The notes under the pieces were generated by a model. That model made no database searches. It saw nothing but the letters and a program-made list of their open reading frames with translations, and was not told the origin of the DNA. DNA of 64,000 bases from Auanema rhodensis. Lineage: Eukaryota; Animalia; Nematoda. Positions within the stretch are counted from its first letter, which is position 1; each line of letters starts with the position of its first letter. Location of the stretch: contig OZ059895.1 of assembly GCA_964057225.1 (NCBI GenBank), forward strand, positions 9,114,001 through 9,178,000, given 5' to 3'. Both the position numbers and the translations under genes were made by a program. Shown here one piece after another: positions 14,786 through 28,100 of the stretch.

Positions 14786-16161
14786 TTATTACGTATTGTA
14801 TTTATACCGTAATAATTTTTAATTTTCAAAATTTAAATCAAAAAATACGATTGTTACATAATATTTGAACAATACTTTACGTAATGAACTTGTCTTCTGT
14901 TGTTTGGAATTCAATAGATCTGACACAAATATAGTACTAACAGTGAAGTATAGGAGCGATAAGAAAACTTTTATGTGTCTTATTTTGTTTGAAATAAAAG
15001 GATTTGCTGAAAACTAAATAAATTCCTATTTGTATCCGTTCTTCACTTTATTATGCTGAAGTAATAATGAATAATGAGAATGATCTGGCAAGGTATATAA
15101 AAAAATAGATTTTATTATAAGTAAACAAATCATTTTTCTATCTAATAATGCGTGATCATTTCTTAATTAATATTTGCCAGGTTATTTTATGAAAAGAAGA
15201 TTTTCATTCTGAAAATTTAAATTAAAACTATATGCTCACCAACAATTAATTTTGGGTATTATATAATGTTCATTATTCTCTACATGTATCTTTATCTTTT
15301 TCAAGTGGTACTAGATGTTACTAATAACTATGTAATATTTTATATCTTTAACTGGGGTCAAGAAAAGATAATCTTGATCCTTTAATAGAAGTGCCGTCTG
15401 TCAATTGTGAATGAGGCTGACAATTAAAGGTTTCAGAAGCTTGTATGTGCACTTGCTAATGTCTCACAAATCCACTCGCATGTGACTCGTAAATCTCTTC
15501 GAAATGGATTTTACTTAGTATGTTATAAAACTATTAATATTTTGTTTGATAATGTGGAAAATAATATAAGATTAAAGAACAATTCATAGAAGTATATCTC
15601 GTCCTATGAAGAGGATACTCCTTATATGAAAATATTAATAAATTGCCGCCGATTAATTCACTATATGATTTTCAATATTAATATTCGAATTTCTTTTATT
15701 TGCACAATATATTCTACGGTAGCTCTAAAATTCTTCTAAAGAAGAAAAATTAGTTGCCAAATTCATGATACATAGTTGGAAGTAGCGAACTAATATTTTC
15801 TTCAGGCTGGGATTCTCGATGGATGCTCTTAGCTAAAATATGAATTTAATTATGTGCGTTCAACTTGCCGATGTCGGCTTAGCTTTTCGTTTATGTCAGG
15901 AGATTTGCTGAGACTTATATTTCCATCTATTCTCTTTACATTCCCCATCCGACACTTCTCGCAATATTCTACACTAGCTTTCACCTAATCAATTGGTATA
16001 CTGTAATGGGCGGGGCAAGTGCAAATATGTAAGAGCAGATGAGCAATAACAGAATCTGCAGCTTTCGCGGTGGTGGCAGATTGCGTCTTTGGCGTTCCGG
16101 ATCACCTAATCAATTCTGCTTATTCACTTCTTACATATAATTGTGCTATTTTCCATTTTAA

Positions 16162-17707
16162 ATGTTCTTAGCTAAAAGTCGAAAAGAGTCAGCCACGGAA
16201 GAAGAAGATCTCCGAGGAGAAGATGAATCTGAAGGTAGTCAATTTCGACAGTTTCAGGTGAATTTAAATATAAATGAACTTAAATCAGTGTTTTTTTATG
16301 CAAAATACAATGATGTTTCTTGTAGTTTGATGGATCTCGACCAGATTTTCGTCAATTTCCTTCTGGATCATACATTGGATATACTAATGGAGAGAATTAT
16401 AATGCCGCGATGAACCCACCACAGCAAGTCCAACAGCAGCAACCTCCTCCACAGCAAGCATTGAATTCAGTAAGCTTATAATTAGATTAGCACCCAAATT
16501 AAAATAGATTTATAATGATTTTGACATTTCAGGCACATTGCGCTATCGTACCTTTTTACACATCACGAATTGATTTTCCTCAGCAAGTTAATAATTTCAT
16601 GAACCAAAATGAACATGAGCCAGAAGTTTGTTAATTTCACTTTTTGAAATTTCATTTAATTTCAGATATTTCCATCAAAAATTGAAGGGTTAGAAACAAG
16701 AAGTAAGCATATATATTCTCTTTTTTTTGCAATTACTGTACATTTCAGTGTTAAGGAAAATTGATATGCCGTTATTTTTTCTTAATGATCCCACGTTTTG
16801 TAATCCGTCTACAGTAGATCCACGAGAAGTTCGAAATTCTGAGAAATTAAGATTAGTACAACTTGTAGGTTTATTGCACTGTTCCTGGAAGAACTTCATT
16901 GTTGAGCAGTACTACTAAATACAGAGTTACAGTGGGGGAAATTCAAAGGCGTATCAGTCCACCAGAGTGTTTGAATGCTTCTCTTCTTGGAGGAATTCTC
17001 AGAAAGTAGAGCACTATTCTATTATCTCATATTAATTTCTCATTAAGAGCAAAATCTAAAGATGGAGGAAAAACATTAAGAGACTCTTTAAAAAAAATAG
17101 GCTTAACATTGCCAGCTGGACGAAGAAAGCAGGCGAATGTCACAGCTTTAACAGCGTTGGTGGAAGGTGGGAATTAACATAATACTTGAATAATTTCAAT
17201 TTCATTTCAGAAGAAGCCGTTCACATGGCTAAGGATTTTGCTATTGTTTGTGAAAAAGAGTTTCATGCTAGAGAAATTGGAATTTTCCTAACTAAAGCTA
17301 ACTTAGCCGTTGAACATGACGCAGTTAAAAGAAGATCTATCTTGGAGCACAGCAAGTATGTTTATCGTCAGCCTCAAAGTTTAGTTGAATGCTATTTAGA
17401 AAAGTTATTACGGAGTTGTGTGATTTGATTGCAGCTGACAGGACCCCTCTAACCCCTTTTATTCAAATTCCTCGTGGTACTCCATTACTTGATCCAGCGG
17501 TTCAGCAACATATTAGCCATTTTACTTTGGTGCAATATAATATTTTTTTAAAATGAAGACGTTGAAGTAGTTTAGGTAACACATGGTTTTGGAACAGTGG
17601 CAATGGTGGGAGTATTACAATCAGTAAGAAATGTAATTGAAGAAAGTTTGAAATATATGGATAGAAATTGCCCGCCACAAATGTATATGAATTATAATAC
17701 TCGTTAA
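16162..17707 (+). CDS. AP-2 family transcription factor (aptf-like); start codon uncertain
   Basis: Spliced [53 protein letters not shown]...[12 protein letters not shown]...HFTLVTHGFG is the TF_AP-2 domain. Stop TAA at 17705-17707. Confidence 0.92.
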
Positions 17708-17865
17708 TCATTGCTTCTTACATTTACATTACATTCAATTTATATTTAAAACAGTCAGTAATAAAGAAAAGGAATTCATTGAATTCTACAATACAAAATG
17801 AGAACAAGTACTTACGACATTATTGAAATTTCCCGCATTTGCAAATAAATAAAACAGTTACGTTA

Positions 17866-19254
17866 TTACTTAGCTTTCACTTTTTCTTTAGTTTCCTTTT
17901 TTTCTTCCTCTTTTTTCTTATCACCTTCCCCTTCACGCTCTCGTTCTGCTTTTTGTAAAGCCAACTGTAAAAAAGGTATTTTAAAATATTATAATCATCT
18001 ATCTCTAACCTTATTGTCAATGAGATTATGAAGAGCTATGACCGAACGAACAAGAGATCCCATATATACACACATAAGCTGATCGTTAGTTTGTACATTT
18101 TGAGCAACGACGAAGTCTGGATGAGCAACATCGGGCAATAAATTCAGAACTTCCTTAAATGAGCATCTAGTTAATATGAATACAAACAAATTCAAGCTAA
18201 CCTGAATGTAATAAATAACTGGGTGATTTACAGGAAGAGATCCCTCAGCAACTTCTCGAAGATACTTTTCAATGTCTTCCAATTGAGAATGCAGACCACG
18301 AAGACCCAATAGTTGATCTGTAACACGCTGAGAAAGAGTACCAGCAGTCTGATCCTTGATATCTCTGATGATAATTAATGAGTACATAAAACATGAGAAT
18401 CGAATATAGTACCTCAAAAGATGTTCAACACCAACTTCTTCTGCTTCCTCAGCACCAATTTCGCTAGGAACATGTTCAAAGGTTTTAATTGGAGGAGTAC
18501 CATCCTAAAGAGTGAAAACTTGAAAAAACTATAAAAAAAAGTGAGCTTACATCATGCACTTCTTGTACTTCCAAGTAAGCTTCAGTTGGCAAACCAATAT
18601 CCTTTGGTTCAGCTTCAATTATAACAAGTACTGGATTAGGAGTAAAACGTTTCAATTGCTCATTAATAGCAATATCGTTCTGAAAAAAGTTGATAAAAAA
18701 GCATATCTAACACATAAATGCCAAATACCTTGTGGAGCTTAGGCCCAGTATGATACCATCCTACAATCTTTTCTTTTGCAGCAACCTAAGATTTATATTA
18801 AAATTTATAGAAATTTCTTCAGATACAAAACCTTATAGAACATGCTGTACATGCTTTCCAAATAGTCCATATCAAGGAACCAAGTGTCTTTGTCCTTTTC
18901 GTCTTCATCAAAGGGTACTGAACGAATAAAAAAGTATCTTAAAAAACAGTACTTAATTTCTTACCAGCAAAACTGTTTCCTATATCAAAAACTTTTCCAT
19001 TTTTCATAGAACCGAGAAGAACACCAACAACTCTTTTCACGCTCTGAGTTTTCTTAACACGGTTGAAATGATCCACAACACTGAGAAGAACAAGGGGGTG
19101 AACAATAACCTAAAAGTCATTATTGATAATATGATTTTAAAAATAAAAACAATACTTTTTGCACAGGCAAATTTGCATGAGCATTGCTAATGCAATGAAG
19201 TCCTCCCTTCTGTTTTACAGTCTCTTGGAGTGTAGAAGTGCTACCGAGAGCCAT
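17866..19254 (-). CDS. rpn-8: 26S proteasome lid subunit RPN8/PSMD7
   Basis: [70 protein letters not shown] and a Lys/Glu-rich tail. Confidence 0.96.
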
Positions 19255-19519
19255 TCCTTCAAAAATATAAATATTTACCGAGTAAATTTTATAATTAATA
19301 ATATGAGCAAAATGAATAATCAAAAATTCATAATGAAATAAAACGACCATAAAGAATTAAACAATCTGTGAAAAAATTGTAATCATTTTGAGAGTGGAAA
19401 GTGTGCTCTGTTGCGAAAATTGTTGCGGGACCATTTTTTGTTTCATATTTTAAGCACTTATAAGATAGCTAAGAGATTAGAATAGCCATCCACTATTCTA
19501 TACGTCTTAAGCTTAGAAA

Positions 19520-21098
19520 ATGGAAAGTGACGTAGAGCAAAAATACGATTCTGATTGTCAACCTATTGACATAATAGAGCATGATGATGTAGTGGAGGTG
19601 TGTTAAAGTATATATTTTACTACCATTTATATGCAGTTCATTATCTTTAATTTGATATGTAGGTGCGGAAAGGCAGACAAGCCGTATCTTCCGGGGAGCC
19701 TTCTTTGGATGGCAGTATTGATGAGGACAGGGGAGCTCTATCAGATTCGGAAATCACTCATGTAGCTCGGTCAAATGTATGTATTACGAGACAATTTTCT
19801 TGAAATTATAGTTTTGTAGACCATAGCTGCTCAAGTACGCGGACCATCTTCAGATGCCTTAGAAGAATCATGTCGAATTGAAGCTTCTGGTAGAGATAAA
19901 TTTTCGGAATGGGAAGACATCTTAGGGAGTGGAAATTTGAAACGAAAAATTGTTATACCAGGTTCCAGCAATACTGATCGTCCCAAGGATGGGCAATGGG
20001 TCACTATTAAAGTAAGATATGCAGTATTACGTTTAGTTCAATCTTTCCTTAAAGGTGAAAGATACCTTACGCGGGATGGACTCTCATGATAGACTACGTT
20101 TTATCACAGGATATTCGATGGTTATTGATGGTTTGACTTAGGAAAGTGGTTTTCAAATATTACTTGTTTCTTTTTGTAGCATGGGAATTGGTTGTAAAAT
20201 TAATGCATGTCGGTGAATTATGTGCGGTTAAGACTAGTGCTATTCTTGCATATGGCGAAGTTGGTTTAGACCAGAGAGTTCCCCCTGATCAAGATCAAGA
20301 ATACACGGTTTTTTTCTTGCTTGCATGATCTTATTTTGTATTACTTTTCAGATTGAGCTGATTAGCATAGAAGATGGCTCTATGTTTGAGGAAATGTCTT
20401 CGCAAGAATTAGAAACGTTTTTACTGATGTTGAAGGATAGGGGAAATTATTTCTTTAACCGTTTAGAGTATGATAAGGCTATTTTTGTATACAGAAGGTA
20501 TGCTAGAACATTTTAACATGGGAACAAAATTATTTTAGAGCTTCGGATATACCTCTCCAAAATCATGTTGACTTAAATAAGCTAATGTCTACGATTTATT
20601 CTAATCTAGCCGTTTGTTACTATAAAGTTAGGAGTTTTAATTATATTTTCTTACCAATTGCTGTTTTAGCTTGGTGAATATGACACTGTTATAAGTTGTG
20701 CTAACGATGCCATTGCCTTGGATAAGCTCAACACAAAAGCTCTCTATCGTAAAGCTGTGGCTTTATCTGCTCTCAAGGAGTATGAACAAGCTCAAACGTG
20801 GCTTAAGCGATCCCTAGACATCGATCCTTCTCAACTGGTAATGTTGTTTCCGTTGTTTATTTTAATAAATTATATAAATTAGGCTGCTCAAAATGAGTTA
20901 GACAGAGTTGACGGCTTACGGAGAAGACGAAGACAAGATGAAAAAGAGCTGTATAAGAAAATGCTAAGTGGGGCAGGCGATGATTTAAATACGAATAGTG
21001 TGATATACAGAAGCTGGGCTGCTGTTCATAAAGTGAAAGTGTTGGTTATTGTTTTTTTCCTATTCACTTTTTTATGTTTCATCTATTTTTTGACCTAA
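19520..21098 (+). CDS. FKBP8/FKBP38-like immunophilin (degenerate FKBP domain, TPRs, C-terminal transmembrane anchor)
   Basis: Acidic N-terminus, WEDILGSGNLKRKIVIPG, AWELVVKLMHVGELC...AYGEVG, TPRs (LKDRGNYFFNRLEYDKAIFVY; YSNLAVCYYK; TKALYRKAVAL), EKELYKKML and hydrophobic tail VLVIVFFLFTFLCFIYFLT*. Confidence 0.85.
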
Positions 21099-22117
21099 AT
21101 GTAAAATTGTATAAAAAAAATATCGACCAACTCTTTTTTTATTGCTTCGATTTTAGATTTCTGACCCTTTTTATGATTTGTATTGTTCACTCAATACCCA
21201 AAGGGTCTTTAAGTATTTCTTTTCACCTGTGAGTTATAACTCCTTTCTTTCTATTCCATTAAAATCCGAGATCTGGATATATGTGTACAGTTTTAATATC
21301 AGATTCTTTGTCGTTCTGTTTTATAAGCATTACTTTTCTCATAGTTATTATTACTATAATAATAATAATAAATCAAGCAATCATTTTTTTGAATAATGGA
21401 TAAGAGTTGTTAGTGTTAGTAGACTTATTAGGTTGCCTGTCCTGTTGGATATGAATGAGGTAATCATGAATCCCCGCCTATCCCTGTTCTCTATACATGG
21501 ATTGGGCCACTATTTAGAGACTCAAAACCAGGTGAATAACGAGTTTTTAGTAGGCATGATGATTCAGGCTACCGAATATCATGCTTTCTCTGATCATTTT
21601 TACATTTTCGATGACCTCATAATGCTTTCTACAATTTGACCTTCATTCAGTATTTACTTTCTCATGCAATTCACACATACTCAAGATCTGTGCTTGAGAC
21701 CCATATATTCCTATTTTATTCCCGAAACTTCATCTCAAAAACTCCGTTGATCAGACATGATTTGTAAATCTTTTGATCGAACAGTACTCAAGAGATGATT
21801 AATGGTGGTTTGTATACGGTGGTTGACATCGACCTTTTACAATTCTGTATTCGTCGTGTACTAATGAATCTATTGAGGTTTTCTAGTGGTTATTGTAACA
21901 TATAGAGTTATGAAAATCTTGATAATCCTTTTGAATTTTCTCAAGATGTCTAATTCTATTACATTTTTTCCAAAGAAAGTAAGAGTTTTAGAGATTAGAA
22001 TCCATTTTTTTGAATATTTCTGTATCTTATCCATTATTTCTTTAATTTCTCCTATTTATTTTAAGTCTAATATTAAGATTAATATGTTTTTCTTTTATTT
22101 TAGAAATCAAACTGCAT

Positions 22118-25100
22118 ATGCTCGTTTGGCTTTTATGTATTGCGGCTCTGTTGCCTCGTGTTTTTACTGCAACAACCCCATTAACTTCATTATGTTCTGA
22201 TATTCCTACACCATCTTCATTGAGTAAGAATAGATAATCTTAGAATACTCTTTGAAGAAAAAATTAATTGTTTCAGGTGCTGTATCAGTATGGGTGAAAC
22301 ATCTGACAGATACATCTCTATTTAGAATTTCAGATGAAGATCTTACTGACGAAGGATTTATGAGGTAAATTCCTATAATCAACTTGTAAAATGTATTTTT
22401 AACATTAAGAAGTGCTGCAGATCGAGATAGTTTTGTTGTTTTATTGTCTCGAAATCTTGATACATGTTCTCAGAATAATTGCTCAATCAAGTTGCAACAC
22501 AGTCGACGCTTAAGAGATGGTATATCTACTATATTTGAAAATTTGCATCACAATACTCTTAATGTTGTCAGTTAAATATATGAAATTGGCAAACAAAATT
22601 TTATATTTTCAATCTATCTAGATATCTATTGTTGTTAAAACTATTTTGATGGCAGTTTTTCAACATATAATTCGAAAAAACCTTCCTGATTACTTTGTGT
22701 TGATATTAAGTTCTGTTGTTCTTTAGGTGCTGAAGTTCAACAAGAAAATATCATTGGCACACCACTTGGTTATGAAGCATTGAAAAACGATTTTTACTGT
22801 GCTCGCTCAATCGGTGATTGTGGAGCTGAACTGCCTATATATCAATGGGTTCGCGGGAAAAACAACGAGACCAAAGGTGAATTCATAATGAAATCTCGAA
22901 TAAACTAGATAATAATTACAGTTTATGCTTACACATTTGATCCATCAGCTTCAATTTCTGGCTATATTCGAGATGTTGTTCCAATTTGTTATGGTTGGAG
23001 TGATGAAGGATCTATTATCCCGTCCTTCGGAGGAAATTCGGTACCCCAGAACGAGACAGAAATTTGCGCTCGTGTAGGAACAGTTCAAAACGCTAAGGTG
23101 ATTAATCAGTTGAAATTGAGGCCAGAATTCTTTCAAACAACTAGCTTATCTATCTAAACATAAAATTTGAAACCATATTGAATTGCTAGTCCGTCTGTCA
23201 AAAGAAAAAAAAGGTTTTGAGACGATTTATCTTTCCATATTTACCAACTTGTGATTGAAAAAATCATCATAACAAACATGACAGACAAAGGTCATCCACC
23301 CAATTTCGTTTGAAAAATTTGAATGAAAAAAAAATTGAAAATAGGAATTAATATTTTGATAAAGAGAGAAGAAGGGAAGAGGGGGGGTGGTGGATTGAGG
23401 AATTATTAGTGAGAATTATCTGGTATAGATCATTAACCGTTCATAATAGTACATTTGACACAGATCAAACAAAAGTGAACGAGATAAACACATGCTTTTT
23501 CAGAAAAAAAAAAGATTATTTGGTTACAGTTATTTAGTACTTGCTCTCTTAATCCAACCTCTCAAAATTTCGAATATCCCATGTTTGTCCTCTTTCCAAT
23601 TGTTAAAAGCAAAACCAGATTATATAAATCCAACTATATATCGCATGTGTGTATATATGTATACATACATGTAATATTGAGGTATTGAGTGTGAATATTA
23701 TATAAACGAGATATAATAAGTTTTTTCACGTGGCCTTGATATCAATTGAATTCTTTTTTGTTTTAATATTATTGAAAAAGATATAAAAATGGTCTTTTCA
23801 ATAGGGATTTGAGAATATTTATGATAATATATTCCTTTATTTAGTTCCAACTTAATGACTTTGGGCAAGCACGTGCTGCTTTTGAAATCGAAATAACATT
23901 TTGTTTTTAACAGATTTCATATTCAACTGCTGGTTCATCCTTATTTCCCATAGGAACGACAGCAATACTTCAATGTTCATCTGATTATGTTGCTAGTGGT
24001 CAAACTTCCCTAGTTTGTACTAAAAACGGATGGTACCCAAGTACCGGATTGGGTGGATGTATTAATAATAAAAATTCTGGTACATTTATAATCGATTAAC
24101 CTTAATCAAATAATTTATATATTATAGTTTCAAATGTTTCACCTAATATAAGACAATCATCAACATCTTTATGTTCATCAACATTTAATATACCAAATGG
24201 AGCTTTGGCTATTAGTAATCCCAATAATAGTAATCTTAAAAACAAGTTTTTCATACATAAAATTTCATTTTTACAGTTTCCAATCCAAAAGCTACTGTAT
24301 TATGTAATTTGGGTTATATATCAACTTTCTCGGAAATCATCTTATGTGCCGATGGTGAATGGCAACTTCCGAACATTGACTCTCCTTTGTGTATTCAAGC
24401 AAGTGAAGTGAAATGTCTGCCACCTTTAGCACCCATGAATGGTCATGTATGTATAATTATTTTTATTAAAAGTTATTTTCATTTTTTAAAGATAAAATAT
24501 GTTTCAAATGATAAAAATCCATTCAAAAGTGGATCAAAAGCTGAATTACTTTGTGAAGAAGGCTTTGCTTTGGTGGGAAATCAATATATTCAATGTACAA
24601 CTTCAGGATGGAATCCACCTATCTTTGGAACATGTCAACCGGTAAAATTATATTTTTTGTCTTGATATATGTATATTTGAATTTTATGATTATTTTTTAA
24701 TAATTAGCATAAATATATTAAAATATAGCTTTGAGATCATTTCAGAGAGCAAGATCTAAACGCCAGGTATGTTGAATCCAAAGGGAAATATTAAGTTCTA
24801 TCATAAGTTTTACTATCTATCCTTTCCCTATTTCTAACATTTCTATTCTGGGTATAGGTTTCGGTACTTACATTTTCATAATTTCTAACTCACAACTTTT
24901 TTTTTTTTAATTTCTGATACAAAAATTATTCAATTTATCAGGAACTTGCAACAACCAGCTTGGGTTGTGCCGCTCTTTTCGTTGTTGGCGGAAACGTAAC
25001 TTATGTGCAATCATCACCATCTTTACCATATTCTTCCGGAACTTCAGCTCTTCTGATCTGTAATCCAGGCTATCAGCTTGAAGGATCATTTTCCTCATCA

Positions 25101-28100
25101 TGTACCAACGGGCAATGGCTTCCTGCCATAGGTACATGCACGTTAGGAAATAGTTTGAGTGATGCGAACTACTTAAGAAACTCAAAATTTGTAGATTTAG
25201 GCACAGGTTTTATCAGTACTGGCAATGCTGGAGGTACATGTACAGACCTTATGACACCATTGAATGGAGTTGTTACATATACTCCTCTATCGTGTTTGTT
25301 ATTTTTTTTTGTGTTTTCAAACAGATTACCAGAAGATTACAGCTGTTGGTTTGCGTTCATCCGGAACAGTAGCCACCCTCTCATGTAATATGGGCTATAC
25401 AGTGTCTGGTTCTTTGTCTGCTAGCTGTTCAAATGGGGTATGGTCACCTATGGCTTTAGGATCTTGTATATCATCAGGTGTTACTTGATTGAATAAAATG
25501 TTTTATAATATACGTAAATATAGGAAGTGGAACTGGAAATGGGGTATTTCCTTCTTTAGATTGTGCAACACCTACTGTTACAAATGGAATTTTATCATTT
25601 AGCTTATCTGGATCAAACAATGTTGGTTATAATAATATAAATTAACTTAATTATATGTTTAGCTTGATAAACCATCTGGAACAATAGCTACTATATCTTG
25701 TAATCTTGGATTTGAATTACAAGGTTTTCCAACATCAACATGTCAAAATGGACTATGGTCACCGCCAATTCCAACATGTGGAACCACAACCGGTGTTAAC
25801 ATAGGACCTGGTAATTTGAAAAATAATAAATTTGTAAAACATTTTAAATTTAATTTTCAGGAGCTCAAATGAACCAATGCTCAGCACTTTTACCTCCATT
25901 AGGTGGAAGTGTAAATTATTCCACTGGAAATATATTTGGACCATTTGCAACAGGTACAACAGCCTATTTATCCTGTACTCATCAAGAAGATATAAGTGGT
26001 AATTTAAAATTAAATAATTATATTTAAAATAAAAATAATAATTTATAAAGGAGCATCATCAGCAGTATGTCAGTCTGGTCAATGGGTTCCACCAAATCTT
26101 GGAACATGTTCAATGGGTACATTTGAATAAATATATCTTTTAATTAATATATTTTTAAATATTCAGGATTACAATGTGGTGGAATGATATTACCATTAAA
26201 TGGAGTTATTAATTATTCTGCTGGAAATGCTTTTGGACCTTTCAGAGCTGGTACTGTTGCCACATTAACATGTAGCAATGGAGCTGCACCAACTGGTTTG
26301 ATATCACGAACTTCCGTATAATTCAAAACTTATGTTTAGGAAGTCAGAGTGCTGTTTGTACAAATGGACAATGGGAACCAACAATGTTAGGATCATGCTT
26401 TTCAAATTCCCTTCCAAGTAGAAGAAAAATAAATCTTCTAAATCAATTTTGATTTGATATTTCAGATGGAAATCAATGTACTACCGGATTTACGGTTAAT
26501 GGAGGTTCAGTATCTTATTCATCTATAATAGCTACACCTCCATTTGTAAGTGGTACTATAGCTACTGTGACATGCTTAAATGGGAATAATGTAATTGGAA
26601 GTCAAACATCAACTTGTCAAAATGGAATTTGGAATCCAGCCATATTGGGAACTTGTACAGATGGTGGAGGAACAAGTATAATCTCACTTATATTTACTAA
26701 TTAAACTGAAACATTCACCTTGTAGTTGGTGCACAGTGCATGGGAGGAGTTTCTGGTCCAATGGGATCGACTATCACATATTCTAATGGAGGCATATTTG
26801 GCCCTTTTCCCGGTGGAACAACAGCAACATCAACTTGTTCAAGTTTTGGAGGATTAGATCCTAATTCTGTTGTTGGAATAAGTATGTTTCTAGCCGTCAA
26901 GATGCCAAAGGAATAATGTTTCTCTTACTTAGGTACGGCAACCTGTTTAAATGGAGTCTGGAATCCATCAACATTAACCGGTTGCCAACAAGGCGGTGGA
27001 ACAGGTTGAAATAATATTTAGTTTATAACCTGATACATTGATTATTAACAGGTCAATGCTTAAACATTCCTCCTCCATTTATGGGATCTATTAGTTACAC
27101 CACACAACCTACTGGAATTCCATCAACATATACTGATGGAACAGTTGCAACTTTAACATGCTCAACATTTGTTCAGGGTTAATATCATTAGAAGAATTTA
27201 TATTATTATAAATTAATTTAAGGAAGTTCAACAGCTCGTTGCATATCTGGTACGTGGACACCAACTCTTGGCGTTTGTAATGGATCTGACAACAACAACT
27301 CAGCTCAATGCGCAACTCCACCAATGACACCATTCGGAGCAACTCTTGCATATTCCAATCAAGTTACAATAGGGCCATGGACAAGCGGTACTTGAAGAAA
27401 AATTAATTATAAAGAGTATTTAATAAAATATATTGATAGGAACAACAGTTACAATGACATGTCCATTAGGACAATTCCCTCAAGGACCAAGTATGAGCGT
27501 TTGTGAAGGTGGTATTTGGAATCCTCCTTTAGCAACATCATGTTCAACAACCTCTATAAGTGGAAATGGTTAGTTCACTTCCTACTCCTTACTACTCGTG
27601 GTATCAAGAGAATGTTGTTATTGAATTTATTTGAATCATCATATTGTTATATATATATATATAGAAATATATACATAATATACATGAATTAATGTTTTTT
27701 TCTATGATTTAAGTATAACTTTTTGATTTCTTTTTGGTTCTTTTCTATCAAAGATGACGGTCAAGCAACTTACTATCTATCTATTTGCTTCTTTCTACTT
27801 CTTTTTTCCCTTTCTTTCTAAACACTGCACTAATATGATTTCTGTTTCATTTTTCTATTGCTTGACCGTCCTCTACCTATAGGCTGTCTTCCAATAGCTT
27901 CTCTTCTGTCTCCAATTACAAACGGACAAGTAGTTTACATTCCTAATCCAACCGAGCGTGTTGCGATCGGAACTGTGGCCAGTCTCGTTTGTGATCCGTC
28001 TCATCAGGTTTCCGGTGGCTCGAAAATAACTTGCACATCTATGGGATGGAGTCCGTCAACACTTGGTCAATGTTTATCACAAGGCTTGTGCTTTCCCTTT

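Noticed and set aside
14900-15620. Possible small gene between msh-6 and the AP-2 gene
   Set aside because: The splice combinations I tried hit stops quickly and give no recognisable product.
21550-21595. Box C/D snoRNA or miRNA hairpin (ATGATGA...CTGA; GCATGAT/ATCATGC stem)
   Set aside because: The boxes span only ~38 nt and the hairpin ~31 nt, too short for either class.
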